Notes under the pieces: generated by a model
What the model was told of the DNA's origin: nothing
Seen by the model: only the letters and a program-made list of their open reading frames with translations
Database searches by the model: none
From: Bacteroidetes bacterium UBA6161
Lineage (GTDB): Bacteria; Bacteroidota; Bacteroidia; NS11-12g; UBA955
Reading direction: 5' to 3'
NCBI GenBank assembly: GCA_002422315.1
Contig: DIUJ01000068.1
Coordinates: 30,882-94,881 of the forward strand
Length of the DNA stretch: 64,000 nt
Translations under genes and position numbers: made by a program
Shown here: piece by piece, positions 40,457 to 50,646 of the stretch
Numbering within the stretch: the first letter of the stretch is position 1
Layout: every line of letters begins with the position of its first letter

Positions 40457-41055
40457 GGTTGAATTTTAAGAAAAGTGGAATAGTGAATTTGTGCATTAGG
40501 ATTTTTAAGACTTACCCTTTGCATGAGTTTCCTTTTTGAGAAAATCCATAGCCAGGGCTTTTCTCTTGGCCCTTTAAAAACCACTTGAACCAAAGTATCT
40601 TTATAAGACAAATCCAGTTTTTGCTTATTTTCATGCAACACTCCATTAACCCTAAAGAAACCATCGTAATAGGAAAATACTTTATGCTGTTGGGTGTCTA
40701 AAACTATAGTATCGTGTAGAACAAGTTCTACTGTTTTGGCAGCTTCAAAAGAAGTGACTCCAAAGTTTTGCACTTTTGAGAGTTTTACCTTTAGGTTGCT
40801 AATTTCATTTTTAATTTCAGGCAAAAGGGTTGTAAGTTCTTGAGCACGTAGTGAAAGTACTGTGTTTTCAACCATTAAAAGTCCGTTTTCTGTTTCTAAT
40901 TGCTTGCTTTCTTGGGAAAGTAGGGAAGTAGTTTTAAGTAACTGTTTGTACTTGCTTTGTTCTTTTTTCCAAGAAAGAAATAATGCAACGGCCACTACTA
41001 AAAGCAGGGCGAAGGCAAACAAATTGGCTAGTTGAGTAGTGATTGATCGTATCAT
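40453..41055 (-). CDS. membrane-anchored coiled-coil protein
   Basis: One N-terminal TM helix followed by a coiled-coil region. Confidence 0.35.
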   Translation of the reverse strand: MIRSITTQLANLFAFALLLVVAVALFLSWKKEQSKYKQLLKTTSLLSQESKQLETENGLLMVENTVLSLRAQELTTLLPEIKNEISNLKVKLSKVQNFGVTSFEAAKTVELVLHDTIVLDTQQHKVFSYYDGFFRVNGVLHENKQKLDLSYKDTLVQVVFKGPREKPWLWIFSKRKLMQRVSLKNPNAQIHYSTFLKIQP

Positions 41056-41249
41056 TCTTTGGGGTCACTTGGTCTTTTGGTTTCGGCCCATATATAGGTG
41101 GATAAAATGGTCATAACCCCTGCTATGCAAGTAGTTGCTACTGCTTCCATATTTCTAAACATTGCCACATAAGTGGTAAGCACCAAGAAAATAGAAGCGC
41201 CTAATGTGAGCTTGAATCGAGTTCTTTTGTCCACTATATTCTTGTCCAT
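41052..41249 (-). CDS. small two-TM protein (holin-like)
   Basis: 65 aa, two hydrophobic helices and a charged C-terminus. Sits in a lysis/structural neighbourhood. Confidence 0.3.
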   Translation of the reverse strand: MDKNIVDKRTRFKLTLGASIFLVLTTYVAMFRNMEAVATTCIAGVMTILSTYIWAETKRPSDPKE

Positions 41250-41485
41250 TGTCCTTGAAATGTTTCAATGATTAATTGTCCATTTTCAATTAAAAGCCTT
41301 TGGTTTCCAAAATCATCTAAGATTTCAGGGTTTTGCACCCAGTAGATATAGCCATCTGCAATAACGATATGCCATTGCGACCCCAAGAAAGCCTGGGGAG
41401 CAGCAAATCGCTTTTCCCCAGACACTACTTGAGTAGAGACAGTATCCATTGCATCTTCTATTTGCTTAGCTTTTAATCTGTCCAT
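41234..41485 (-). CDS. hypothetical protein
   Basis: Intact ORF packed tightly in the operon. Confidence 0.3.
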   Translation of the reverse strand: MDRLKAKQIEDAMDTVSTQVVSGEKRFAAPQAFLGSQWHIVIADGYIYWVQNPEILDDFGNQRLLIENGQLIIETFQGQWTRI

Positions 41486-41496
41486 GTCTTATTTTT

Positions 41497-42438
41497 TTAG
41501 TTCCAAGCATATACCACAGTTATGGTATCGGAAGCTTCTGTTTCGTAAGGTACGGTATAGGTTAGTTGGTTGCTACCGGGTGTAAATACCACTGTTTTTA
41601 CTGCAATTCCATTAAAGAATACCAAGGGCACAAAACCTGCTGCAAGGGTATTGGCAACGGTTACAGGAGCAGGAATGTTAGCGGCTGCTGTAATCCCAGT
41701 AATGAACTCTCTTTCTTGGGTAAAAGCGTCCTCCTTGGTATTTGCCATAGCCAAAGCATCGTCTGCGGTGCTTTGTGCCGTTGCTGCATCTGCAACTGCG
41801 GTATTTGCTGTGGACTGAGCTGCTGCCGCTGCGGTATTGGCTGTATTGGCAGTGTTTTGGGCATTGGCTGCTGCGGTTCCTGCGGCATTAGCATTGCTTA
41901 GCGCTGTATTTGCAGTACTTGTAGTGCTTGCCAGTTCACTTTCCATGTTGTCCAGATTTACTGCCTGGGTAACAGTTACATGTCCTAGCTTTGTTTTTTC
42001 AGCATCTGTGTAAGCGTTGGTATCGGCATTACTTTCGTAGGATGTTTTAATTGCAGTTGCAGAAATAGCATTGGTAAAAATGTCTTCATCTGCAATTTTT
42101 ACAAAAGTTGATGTACTACCTACACCATCTGTAATTGCGGTAACAATATACAATGCCCATTTACCGTCTCCATCGTTGGTCACAAATACCCTGTCGGATA
42201 CTTTTAAACCGCTAAGGGCGTTTCTTTCGGCAATGGTATCTACACTGTGTGCATTGTCGGCACCTGCAACCAAAGATTGTACTTCAGATTTGGAATATAC
42301 ATCCAAGTTTGTTCGTGCGGTGGAAGGGGTAACGTCCGATAGGTTGTTGGACTTTTTTACTACTTCGCTGTCAAGGGCTCTAGCTGCTAAATCTGCAACC
42401 AGGCCTTGTACCTGTTTCTGTTTGATAAATTCACTCAT
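41497..42438 (-). CDS. fibre/receptor-binding-like protein with Ala/Asn/Thr repeats
   Basis: Repetitive 'TANTA...NANAAGTAAANAQNTANTANTAAAAAQSTANTA' stretch typical of phage fibre shafts, followed by a beta-rich C-terminus. Confidence 0.45.
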   Translation of the reverse strand: MSEFIKQKQVQGLVADLAARALDSEVVKKSNNLSDVTPSTARTNLDVYSKSEVQSLVAGADNAHSVDTIAERNALSGLKVSDRVFVTNDGDGKWALYIVTAITDGVGSTSTFVKIADEDIFTNAISATAIKTSYESNADTNAYTDAEKTKLGHVTVTQAVNLDNMESELASTTSTANTALSNANAAGTAAANAQNTANTANTAAAAAQSTANTAVADAATAQSTADDALAMANTKEDAFTQEREFITGITAAANIPAPVTVANTLAAGFVPLVFFNGIAVKTVVFTPGSNQLTYTVPYETEASDTITVVYAWN

Positions 42439-42468
42439 TTTTTATTTTTATTTAAGTTTTAGGGTTGT

Positions 42469-42867
42469 TTAGGTTATGATTATTGGGTAGCGTACTACCA
42501 GTTTGTCGCTTGTTTCTAAAGCAAAGTTGCCATGCCAGTATATTCTATCTGCTTCAATATGGTAGTCTGCTTGCACGCCATGGGTGTAGAGGATATTGTT
42601 TACTGTGAGAAATACAGATTCTTTATCTTCCACGGTGTCGGGCATATAGAATACGGTATCACCATCAAATCGAATGTCAAGTGTTCTTGAAATCCAATCC
42701 ATAATAAAAATGCCACCACCTGAAATTTCTTGACAAGTAGAAATGCGAAATACCTCCCCTTGGATGATTATTTCATCATTTATCTTATCGCCAATAAGGC
42801 CAAGAATTTCTCTTGCAGTAAAGGTTTTTGCGTCTCCTGTACTTACTTTTCTTAATATAAATGGCAT
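42469..42867 (-). CDS. hypothetical protein
   Basis: Intact 132-aa ORF. Confidence 0.3.
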   Translation of the reverse strand: MPFILRKVSTGDAKTFTAREILGLIGDKINDEIIIQGEVFRISTCQEISGGGIFIMDWISRTLDIRFDGDTVFYMPDTVEDKESVFLTVNNILYTHGVQADYHIEADRIYWHGNFALETSDKLVVRYPIIIT

Positions 42868-42968
42868 TTCTTACTTTGTTTTTTTACGCTTCTTTCCTCT
42901 AATGATTAACCAGGTAATTAAACCAGCTGCCAGGAGAGGACCTCCTGAAAAGCCGGGATCGGGTAGGA

Positions 42969-43433
42969 TTAAGTCAAGCCCTTTTTTTTTACAATAGCGG
43001 CAATGCTATTAAAGGTTGATATAATCCCTTTTCTATAAGCTTCGCGGCTATCTCCATTTGCTTCGCTGATGTAAGGACTGTAAGCTATAGCCTGTGCGTA
43101 TGCTATGGCATCCTTGTTTACAGCGTGTGCAGTCTTATACTTGCTAGAGATAAGTCGCGCGAAGTCATAGAAACTGTCTTGTTCGGTTTTGTAAATCCGA
43201 AACTTTAAGGCGTATTGGTTTTGACCAACCGAGAAGCTGCCATCCCAAAACTCATTGGGCGAACCTGCTGCGGTAATTCCAAAAAAATTCTTGCGAACCC
43301 TGGCACCATAACTACTGCCCCATGCAGATTCAAATGCTGCTTGGGCCAATATGATTTCAGGGGTCATGCCAAATCGGGTTCCTGCTTTTTTGGCTATTGG
43401 GTAATAGGTGGTGGTAAATGTTTCTTTATCCAT
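42969..43433 (-). CDS. peptidoglycan hydrolase, FlgJ-type glucosaminidase domain (lysin)
   Basis: 'GMTPEIILAQAAFESAWGSS...FFGI' matches the mannosyl-glycoprotein endo-beta-N-acetylglucosaminidase family. Confidence 0.7.
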   Translation of the reverse strand: MDKETFTTTYYPIAKKAGTRFGMTPEIILAQAAFESAWGSSYGARVRKNFFGITAAGSPNEFWDGSFSVGQNQYALKFRIYKTEQDSFYDFARLISSKYKTAHAVNKDAIAYAQAIAYSPYISEANGDSREAYRKGIISTFNSIAAIVKKKGLT

Positions 43434-43437
43434 GTTC

Positions 43438-44490
43438 TTAACTCTTTATTATGTGTTTTGTGTTTACCCATCGGTCTATCCCTTCTAAAGTTCTTACCAG
43501 GGTGTATTCAATACCTTTTCCGCTTAAACTCATGACCGGGTAGCCAAGTAAAATATTGGGTTCTACATAAGTTATAGGCTTAAATTGTGCATCTAATATT
43601 GGGGTGTTTTGAATAGTAATAATTCGTGAACCCGGTGCCGATAACCAACCAAGCGAAGTGATGGGTAGTAAGTATTTGGTGGCTCCTTTGGTAGTAGGGT
43701 ATTTGGCCTCCATCGCGGAAACCGTACTAAATTGTTCTGTATAGTTAGCGGAAGCACTTATCCAAAGGATCTTTGTTTGGCCAATTTGATTGGCATAGGT
43801 ACTAGGCATGCCTCCTGTGGGAGATACTTTATAGGCTATTTCAATAAACTTTACATTGTTTTTGCCGTCGTAGTGTTGTTTTCCTGTAGCATATCCTACA
43901 AACTCTCCGGCTCTTGCTGTTCTAAAAATGTTTTTGTTACCAATAAATTCATACCATGCATCCTGGTAGCTTGCATCGGGGGAGGTGCGAATAAATACAT
44001 TTTGTTTTGCTACAATTAGTCTTTGTGCCTGTGTATAAGCGCCACTTGGAACAGTGCCTGAACCACCGGAGCTTGTATTGCTTTGTTGGTTGATTCTATT
44101 GTTTGCTACTGTTTGCAAAAAATTGTTAAAGTCTTTGCTGCCTAGTTCGGATTGTAAATCAGAAAGCAATTCAGAGCGATACAAGTTGCGATAAGCAGAG
44201 GATACCCCTTCTAAATTATAGATTTGGGTAGCAATTTGTTCAATTGCATTCTCATTTGTACCATCGGCCCACATCATCCAGGAAACACCACTTGGGTTCA
44301 TGGCCGAACGCAAGCCCATGGCCTGTCTTACCTCGGCAGATTGGTCGGCTAGGTTCGCAGTTTTACGTTCCCTATACTCTTGGAGCACACGCTTGCCAAC
44401 CCTATACCCAATATAGAGTCCACCGGCAATCACCAAGCCACGAATTACTTGTTGTTGCATATTGGAGGATATGAATTCGCCTTTACTCAT
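43438..44490 (-). CDS. hypothetical structural protein
   Basis: 350 aa, N-terminal TM helix, no motif. Confidence 0.35.
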   Translation of the reverse strand: MSKGEFISSNMQQQVIRGLVIAGGLYIGYRVGKRVLQEYRERKTANLADQSAEVRQAMGLRSAMNPSGVSWMMWADGTNENAIEQIATQIYNLEGVSSAYRNLYRSELLSDLQSELGSKDFNNFLQTVANNRINQQSNTSSGGSGTVPSGAYTQAQRLIVAKQNVFIRTSPDASYQDAWYEFIGNKNIFRTARAGEFVGYATGKQHYDGKNNVKFIEIAYKVSPTGGMPSTYANQIGQTKILWISASANYTEQFSTVSAMEAKYPTTKGATKYLLPITSLGWLSAPGSRIITIQNTPILDAQFKPITYVEPNILLGYPVMSLSGKGIEYTLVRTLEGIDRWVNTKHIIKS

Positions 44491-44656
44491 GTCAATAATA
44501 TTCTAATACGCATTTGCACCGTTTTGTCTTTCAGCTTTTTGGATATTTGCTGCCATTCTTTGGCACTAAAAGCACCACTCATTTCGCTCATAGATTGTGC
44601 GATGCTCGCAGCATCTATCTCGTTTTTTGCTTGTATCTGAATCTCTTTTTTTATAC

Positions 44657-45454
44657 TCATGGTTGTTTTTTTTGTGCATGTAATTGTCCTAGTAAGCTGC
44701 CAATCAAGTCGGGATTGTTGTTCAACTCAATAAATACCAAGTAGAGGTGTCCCAGTTGGGTGTCATCTAGTCCTCTCATAAATTCTGTTACCAGGTCTAT
44801 GATAGTTTCTCTTTGGTCTTTTTCTGAGTTTTCATTTTCATGGCTTGGTGCAGAATGGTCTTGCAATCCTGCAAGCATTCCAAGAGTTCCTCCCAGAGCT
44901 GTTTTACTCAACATTTTGGCAAGTCCTGGTAGGGCAAGGCCTATAATGTTGGAATAATACTCCAAGTTCTTTTTAGCATCTACCACATTTTCTAATTCGC
45001 CTAGCTGTTGCCTTAGCGAATCGTTTTCTTGTTCCAGTTGGTCGCGCATTGCCCTAAGCTCTTCCAATTCGTTGTTGCGCATGATTTCTTCAAGCTTGGT
45101 GTTTAGCATTCGGTTTACTTCTGCCTCACCTAGCCCTTGGAATTCTGTTTCTTTGGCAAGTTTAATTTCTTGTTCCGGCTCCAGGTTAAAAGTTTTTGTC
45201 CATAAGAGTTCTTCATTTTCGCCTCTTAACTCCACACGGATTTTATCCGGTTGTTCACTTTCTACATACGTGAGAAGTAAGCGTGAAAAATTTTCAGATG
45301 CAGCTCTTTCAAAACTGTTTACTTTTTTTCCGCGTTTGCTAAAAACGGTACTACAATAGATGGTATCATATCCTTGTAAGTTTTGCGCTTTAATTGCTTT
45401 TTTACAGGCAGAAGTAATGTTGTACAGTTTGTTTTTTAATGGGTCTCTACTCAT
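44657..45454 (-). CDS. coiled-coil protein (scaffold/assembly-like)
   Basis: Strongly helical, Glu/Leu-rich heptads. Confidence 0.35.
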   Translation of the reverse strand: MSRDPLKNKLYNITSACKKAIKAQNLQGYDTIYCSTVFSKRGKKVNSFERAASENFSRLLLTYVESEQPDKIRVELRGENEELLWTKTFNLEPEQEIKLAKETEFQGLGEAEVNRMLNTKLEEIMRNNELEELRAMRDQLEQENDSLRQQLGELENVVDAKKNLEYYSNIIGLALPGLAKMLSKTALGGTLGMLAGLQDHSAPSHENENSEKDQRETIIDLVTEFMRGLDDTQLGHLYLVFIELNNNPDLIGSLLGQLHAQKKQP

Positions 45455-45783
45455 ATTCTTGGTATTGCACGTATAAATTCTATTTGAGGTATGGCACCAG
45501 GAGAAGGAAGTTTAATACTCATTTGGCCTCCGAATTCTTGGATTTTGGTTATGGTTTTACTGTCCCAACTAGCATCTACTTGAAGCACAGAAGTTTCGCT
45601 TGCTATTACCGTTCCTTGCGGGAGGGTATGGGTTAGCAAGTAATAAAAGGCACGGTCCGCATCAGTGTACAGCTTTACAGTTCCGGGAGGTACCAGCAGC
45701 GTATAGATGTCCATGTAGTAGTCGTCCACTTTTCGGGTGGCCAACAGTCTTTGGATATACGCTATGGACTCGATTGAAATCAT
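45451..45783 (-). CDS. hypothetical protein
   Basis: ATGA-coupled to neighbours. Confidence 0.3.
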   Translation of the reverse strand: MISIESIAYIQRLLATRKVDDYYMDIYTLLVPPGTVKLYTDADRAFYYLLTHTLPQGTVIASETSVLQVDASWDSKTITKIQEFGGQMSIKLPSPGAIPQIEFIRAIPRI

Positions 45784-46190
45784 ACTGTATGGAGATGAAA
45801 TGTGAACCTAACCTTGTATGGTTGAAATACTTCCGGTGAATGAATATCCTGTTCGCCTAAGTCTCTGTAGTAGCCAGTGACCAATCTGTTTTCCTTAATC
45901 GGAACTTGCAAGGGTAACATGCCTGGTCTAAATTGGGTCTGATCTGAAAATACCTCTTGTTTTGTAAATGGTACTATGAAGTTGACAGGGTGAATCTTTT
46001 TGCCTTCAAATTCTAAAGAGTATTCACCAAATACAGGAATTACAGTTTTGTTTGTTGGAATAATGCCTACAATCATGGCCTGCACTCCAAAACATTCTGA
46101 AACATCTCCCGGTAAACTAAAGTCTATGGGAACCGCTTGCTCATTGCGGTAAACCTGTATGGTTTTTGTCAATCTTCTTATTCTACTCAT
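45780..46190 (-). CDS. hypothetical protein
   Basis: ATGA-coupled to neighbours. Confidence 0.3.
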   Translation of the reverse strand: MSRIRRLTKTIQVYRNEQAVPIDFSLPGDVSECFGVQAMIVGIIPTNKTVIPVFGEYSLEFEGKKIHPVNFIVPFTKQEVFSDQTQFRPGMLPLQVPIKENRLVTGYYRDLGEQDIHSPEVFQPYKVRFTFHLHTV

Positions 46191-46567
46191 TTTAAATTTT
46201 CATTTACTAACCAAAGAAAAACCTTGGCTTCATAAGGGAAGCCTTGGTCTGTTATTCCTGCATCTCGGTAGCGGCCTTCAAAAGCATTTCCTGCGGCTTC
46301 AATGTATTCTTCAAACAAGAAAAACTTCTCATTAGGGGCAACACCTTGCCCACAAGTAATAAGCCGCACATCGTGGTCTTCTTCCAAAATGTCAATGCCT
46401 CCCACTTTTAAACTTAGCGTAGATCCATATTCAAGCAAAGGATTGGGTAAAGCCACGAAAATGCCACGGATACGCTTGTATGCTTTGTCCGTTGCTCCGG
46501 TAAAGCGTACAGAAACTCCTGGGGTGGGAACTCCTATGCGAATAAGTTGAAATTTATGGTTTTTCAT
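46187..46567 (-). CDS. hypothetical protein
   Basis: ATGA-coupled to neighbours. Confidence 0.3.
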   Translation of the reverse strand: MKNHKFQLIRIGVPTPGVSVRFTGATDKAYKRIRGIFVALPNPLLEYGSTLSLKVGGIDILEEDHDVRLITCGQGVAPNEKFFLFEEYIEAAGNAFEGRYRDAGITDQGFPYEAKVFLWLVNENLK

Positions 46568-46578
46568 GGCTGATTACC

Positions 46579-47283
46579 TTAGGCTTTGATGATAATTGTA
46601 CCACGCATTATGGCTTTAACAAAGGTTCTTGCTGGAGCATTTGCTCCCCATTCCAAATTGAACTCAATGGTTTGTTGGTCTTTGATTAGCTTGGGGTTGT
46701 CTAATTCATATTGACCCACAGGTACATTTTGTCCGCTTGTGTTAAACAATTCACAAGAAGCATTTTGCAACAAGGTGGTGCCGTTTGCAATGAATTCAAA
46801 TTCGCCATTTCTTAGGTAGTCTGGCAAAACGGTAAAATTCACATCAAAAACTGTTTCGTCCTGTCCTGCGGTTCCTGCAAGTAGGGTAAGGGCATTTAAC
46901 AAGAAGTAGTTGCCTTTTTCTAATTTCGCAGAGGAAATATTAGATACTCCAACCACTTTGTTGTCGTCGTCTTTAAGCAGCTTCTGAACCTTACTTCCTG
47001 ATATGTCTTTTACTACATAGTAGGCTGCATCTACAGCTTGTAAGGTTTGCCTTGCCAAGCCTTCTTGGATTTCTTTGGGCAACATGTGCAAGCGCTTTTC
47101 TAATTCTCCACGGGAACCGCGACTTGCTGCGGAACTACGTGTTTTTGCAAACTGCCTAATGCTTCGTGCAAAGGTCTGTTTGGCCGAAGGGCTAGCTGCA
47201 TCCATGGCTGCTACCAATTCGGACTCTGCAACTGCACCTAATAAGGTGAATTCGCTTTGGGTAATTTCTCCTAATGACATCAT
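46579..47283 (-). CDS. hypothetical protein (candidate capsid component)
   Basis: 234 aa with a beta-rich C-terminal half. Placement only. Confidence 0.3.
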   Translation of the reverse strand: MMSLGEITQSEFTLLGAVAESELVAAMDAASPSAKQTFARSIRQFAKTRSSAASRGSRGELEKRLHMLPKEIQEGLARQTLQAVDAAYYVVKDISGSKVQKLLKDDDNKVVGVSNISSAKLEKGNYFLLNALTLLAGTAGQDETVFDVNFTVLPDYLRNGEFEFIANGTTLLQNASCELFNTSGQNVPVGQYELDNPKLIKDQQTIEFNLEWGANAPARTFVKAIMRGTIIIKA

Positions 47284-47306
47284 AATGTTATTCTTTGGGT
47301 TTTGGG

Positions 47307-47810
47307 TTAAATAATTTCAAAATCTGCTTCTACAGCATTGCCAGTGTTGTTATTGTTAGAGGAAATAGACTCCTGGTAGGGTGTGTAATTTCCTGCACTT
47401 AATTGTGGGAGGTCGGGATTGTACCTTTTAGGGTTCAATCTTGCAAGGTCTTGATATACGCTCAATGGACGAGCAAATGAGCCTATATTACCAAGTCCGG
47501 AAATACCTGCTAAAAGGTCTTTTTTCAATACTACTTTTACAGTACTTACTACACCGCTTGCGCCTACTCCGGCTGCTACAAGTTTCAGGTTGGGGTCTTT
47601 GAGCTTCATTGCTCCAATTACTCCTGCTCCTAGTTGAACAGCAGGTTTAATAAGCTTTTTGACCTGGAAGCCAGGCGCGTTATCGTCTACTTTTAACATG
47701 GAGTCCAAGGCTTTTCCGCCCATGGAGCCCAGGACCAATCCTCCACTGATCATTGCCAGTGATTTTAGCTCGCCCATCATGGCGTTGCTGTTTCTTTTTT
47801 TTGTTCTCAT
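47307..47810 (-). CDS. hypothetical protein
   Basis: 167 aa, Gly/Ala-rich hydrophobic stretch. Confidence 0.3.
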   Translation of the reverse strand: MRTKKRNSNAMMGELKSLAMISGGLVLGSMGGKALDSMLKVDDNAPGFQVKKLIKPAVQLGAGVIGAMKLKDPNLKLVAAGVGASGVVSTVKVVLKKDLLAGISGLGNIGSFARPLSVYQDLARLNPKRYNPDLPQLSAGNYTPYQESISSNNNNTGNAVEADFEII

Positions 47811-47816
47811 GGGATT

Positions 47817-49655
47817 TTATTTAAGGGTTAATTTTTTAATTGCTGTGTAATTTGAACTCTTGGTTTTTCTTTTTGAGCTCGTTGCTTTTCGTTTATAAGT
47901 TCTCTTTTTAGGACCTGCCAATCCATTCATTCCTCTCTTTTTAGGCTTGAACACCAAGTAAGCTCCAAATGCAAGTGCACCTGCTCCTGCAATTGCAATT
48001 CCAGGATTTTTCTTTATAAATGACATGATTCCACCTGATTCGGTGTTTGTAACGGGTGAGGGAAGGCTTGGAATAACTGATACCATATTCCCAGAAGAGG
48101 TGTTTGGAGTGACTGTTACTAATTCAGGATAACTAGCACTTGGTAGTAAAGTTGCCGTTGTAACAGAAGGGCTAAAGCTTGGAGAAGGGGGAGTATAGCT
48201 AGGTGTAGGAGTAGAATAATTGGTGCTTATTCCTTGTTCTGCTGCTTCCGCCTCTGCCACTAAGTTGTTTGTATTTATATCCTCTCCTGGGGCTATTAAA
48301 CCAGTTTCTTGTAAGATCTTTAATGTCGCAATAATTAAAGGTGTAGCAGCTGCAATGGCTGCCGACATAGAAATAGGTTCTCCAAGGTTTTCGTATGTAT
48401 CAGTGTAGCCTAGTCCTCCAGCTCTACCTTTTAAAATGGCATCTTTTAGTGCTTGTCTATCCCCTTGTAGCTTGTCAACATACAGGTTTTCTATCCTGGA
48501 TAATGCTGTCTTTGCTCTTGTCCATTCGTTAGATGAAATGCCTCTTGCTGCGGCTTCGCTTTGTGAAGCATAAGCCCATTTGAGCTTGGTGCCCATTCGC
48601 TTTAAATTTAATCGCATCGCAGCCAAAAAACCAAGTCTAGCTACTACACTGATAGGGTTGTATTGTACAACCGCATCTACCACCGCTTTGCCTGCATCTA
48701 CAATTCCACTGCCTACATTGCTCAAAAAATTTCCTACTTTTTCAAACAAACCGCTCATACCTTGTGGCGAATAGTCTGTGTTTTCACCAAATAGTCCACT
48801 GTTTTGTTTGATTTGGATTTCATTGGCTATCAGTATTGCTATCGCTTCATCGCGTTTGTCTGTATTCCAATAGGTTAGAGCATAGTCTAGCATTTTAATA
48901 AACCCTTCCGGGTCTTCTACGCTTGCTATCATAGAGGGGTTTTGTGCAATGCTGTTTCGGGTTGCTACCAGGTAGTTGTACATGGCTTGTAATTGCTCCT
49001 GTTGCGAAACGCTCATTAAGTCTGCCGGAATATCTGTTCCAAACAGTACTTGGGTTAAAGGTTCGTTGTGGCCACTTAGTACTGCCACATCAATTCCGGA
49101 TAAGTTCATAGTAAAATCTTTTTTTTGGGTAAAGGGTTTTTCATAATCAAAACTGGATAAAACAGCATCAATCAGAATAAGATTAGATTGGTCAGGAACC
49201 ACCACATACACATGTTGGTAATGCTCGCTTCCATATTTTGTGATACGAAAAGAATGGGGAATCTTTAGGTTGGTTAATATAGAAGAACAGAATATAGAAA
49301 AACAGTCGCAGTCAATACCTGATTTGCGGTCAGACCAGGACCTAGCAGGCCTTCTGAGCTCCTCTAGTCCTTGTTTGTCTAAGCGATACTGTATGTGGTG
49401 GTACAAGAAATTCCAAATATTTCGGCAGGTCTCACGCTTGGTATTGCTGCTTAATATGGGGGCGATTTGTTTGGTATCGTCTATGTATTTCCAAACCACA
49501 CGTTTCATTAAGTCCACCGTTTGATGCACTTCTCCGTCTTCAATTATAATACGGTCTTGTGATTCGGGTTTTGGGAAATAACGATCGTATTCCGCACCAC
49601 TTTTTATCGGACGGTAGCCTGTAGTAATGGACCCTATGTGGAATGTGTTACTCAT
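47817..49655 (-). CDS. virion-associated protein with transglutaminase-like Cys-protease core and Lys-rich TM tail
   Basis: Cys 'GIDCDCFSIF', His 'HYQHVYVVV' and Asp 'LILIDAV' in transglutaminase-core order. C-terminal TM + 'KKRTYKRKATSSKRKTKSS'. Confidence 0.4.
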   Translation of the reverse strand: MSNTFHIGSITTGYRPIKSGAEYDRYFPKPESQDRIIIEDGEVHQTVDLMKRVVWKYIDDTKQIAPILSSNTKRETCRNIWNFLYHHIQYRLDKQGLEELRRPARSWSDRKSGIDCDCFSIFCSSILTNLKIPHSFRITKYGSEHYQHVYVVVPDQSNLILIDAVLSSFDYEKPFTQKKDFTMNLSGIDVAVLSGHNEPLTQVLFGTDIPADLMSVSQQEQLQAMYNYLVATRNSIAQNPSMIASVEDPEGFIKMLDYALTYWNTDKRDEAIAILIANEIQIKQNSGLFGENTDYSPQGMSGLFEKVGNFLSNVGSGIVDAGKAVVDAVVQYNPISVVARLGFLAAMRLNLKRMGTKLKWAYASQSEAAARGISSNEWTRAKTALSRIENLYVDKLQGDRQALKDAILKGRAGGLGYTDTYENLGEPISMSAAIAAATPLIIATLKILQETGLIAPGEDINTNNLVAEAEAAEQGISTNYSTPTPSYTPPSPSFSPSVTTATLLPSASYPELVTVTPNTSSGNMVSVIPSLPSPVTNTESGGIMSFIKKNPGIAIAGAGALAFGAYLVFKPKKRGMNGLAGPKKRTYKRKATSSKRKTKSSNYTAIKKLTLK

Positions 49656-50149
49656 ACAATTTTCTGCACAGGGGATTCGTAATACATATTGTTTATATAC
49701 GTTGAATACTTGTATTCAAGAGGTATTGCCAATGTCTTAAAGTCAAGTTTACCACTCTGATTATAACTTGTAAGGATTGACGGGATTTTAGTTATTAAAG
49801 ACCCTATATAGCCTGTTAGCGACATCCAGGGTATTGAAATTTCTGCTACTTCAAGCGAAGTTTGCGTTTGTGGTGCAATGGTAAAAGTTTTGGTTTGAGG
49901 CACTGAGCTAGCCAGGTATTTTCCTCCGGTACTCAGTGTTATGACAGGTTTTGTAATAAAAATTGCGGTGTTTGTAGGGTTGTCTAGTGCTATGTCAGTT
50001 CTGATTACCAAGCCATTGGTATCGGCTTTGTGAATGCGAGGGTTTAAAGTACGCACCACGGAATTATCACTAATACGTTTTAGGCCTACAAGCCTGGTGC
50101 TCAAGTAAATTAAGCCTCCAATAATGCCAAGTGTAAGGAGCTTATTCAT
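49652..50149 (-). CDS. hypothetical protein with N-terminal TM helix
   Basis: 165 aa. Confidence 0.3.
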   Translation of the reverse strand: MNKLLTLGIIGGLIYLSTRLVGLKRISDNSVVRTLNPRIHKADTNGLVIRTDIALDNPTNTAIFITKPVITLSTGGKYLASSVPQTKTFTIAPQTQTSLEVAEISIPWMSLTGYIGSLITKIPSILTSYNQSGKLDFKTLAIPLEYKYSTYINNMYYESPVQKIV

Positions 50150-50405
50150 GGTCTTTCTCCTTTTTTCTTATACGGCTAAACAAAAAATCCCAGGTTACTT
50201 TCACACAATAACCCACACTAGCACTTACCACGGCATAAAAAGCAACGTCCACAACCCCATGCAAGGAAATTGCAGACAAAGTCATTTGTTCCGAAATGGC
50301 TCTTGTTACTCCGCCAACCATTCCGGAGGCTGTAGCTGCTAATGATAAACTGTGGTCGTGTTGCATTGGTATTTCTCTCTGTATCGAAGAGCGAAATAGC
50401 AACAA
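50142..50405 (-). CDS. small membrane protein
   Basis: 87 aa with hydrophobic helices. First gene of the minus-strand block. Confidence 0.3.
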   Translation of the reverse strand: MLLFRSSIQREIPMQHDHSLSLAATASGMVGGVTRAISEQMTLSAISLHGVVDVAFYAVVSASVGYCVKVTWDFLFSRIRKKEKDHE

Positions 50406-50646
50406 GTCCCTAACACAAAAAGGACTTAGAAGGAGTTAAGAGGGGATAAGAGGGAATAGGAGGAAATAGTGTTAAATTTCGAGTGTAATTATTTGGTTTG
50501 GTGAAGAAAAAGAGATATTTTTGAGGACTTGGTTATTGTGCTATAAAATAGCAATATATCCATAAAACGCTCTTGTTTTCGGTAAAAATTCCCCAAAACT
50601 ACAAGATGACAAAAATAAAAACTGACTAATAAACTAAAGTTTTAAA

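Noticed and set aside
41566-41901. Plus-strand ORFs (111, 82 aa) rich in Cys/Gly/Ala
   Set aside because: They are antisense to the low-complexity Ala/Asn/Thr repeat region of the fibre-like gene. This is a frame artefact of the repeat DNA.
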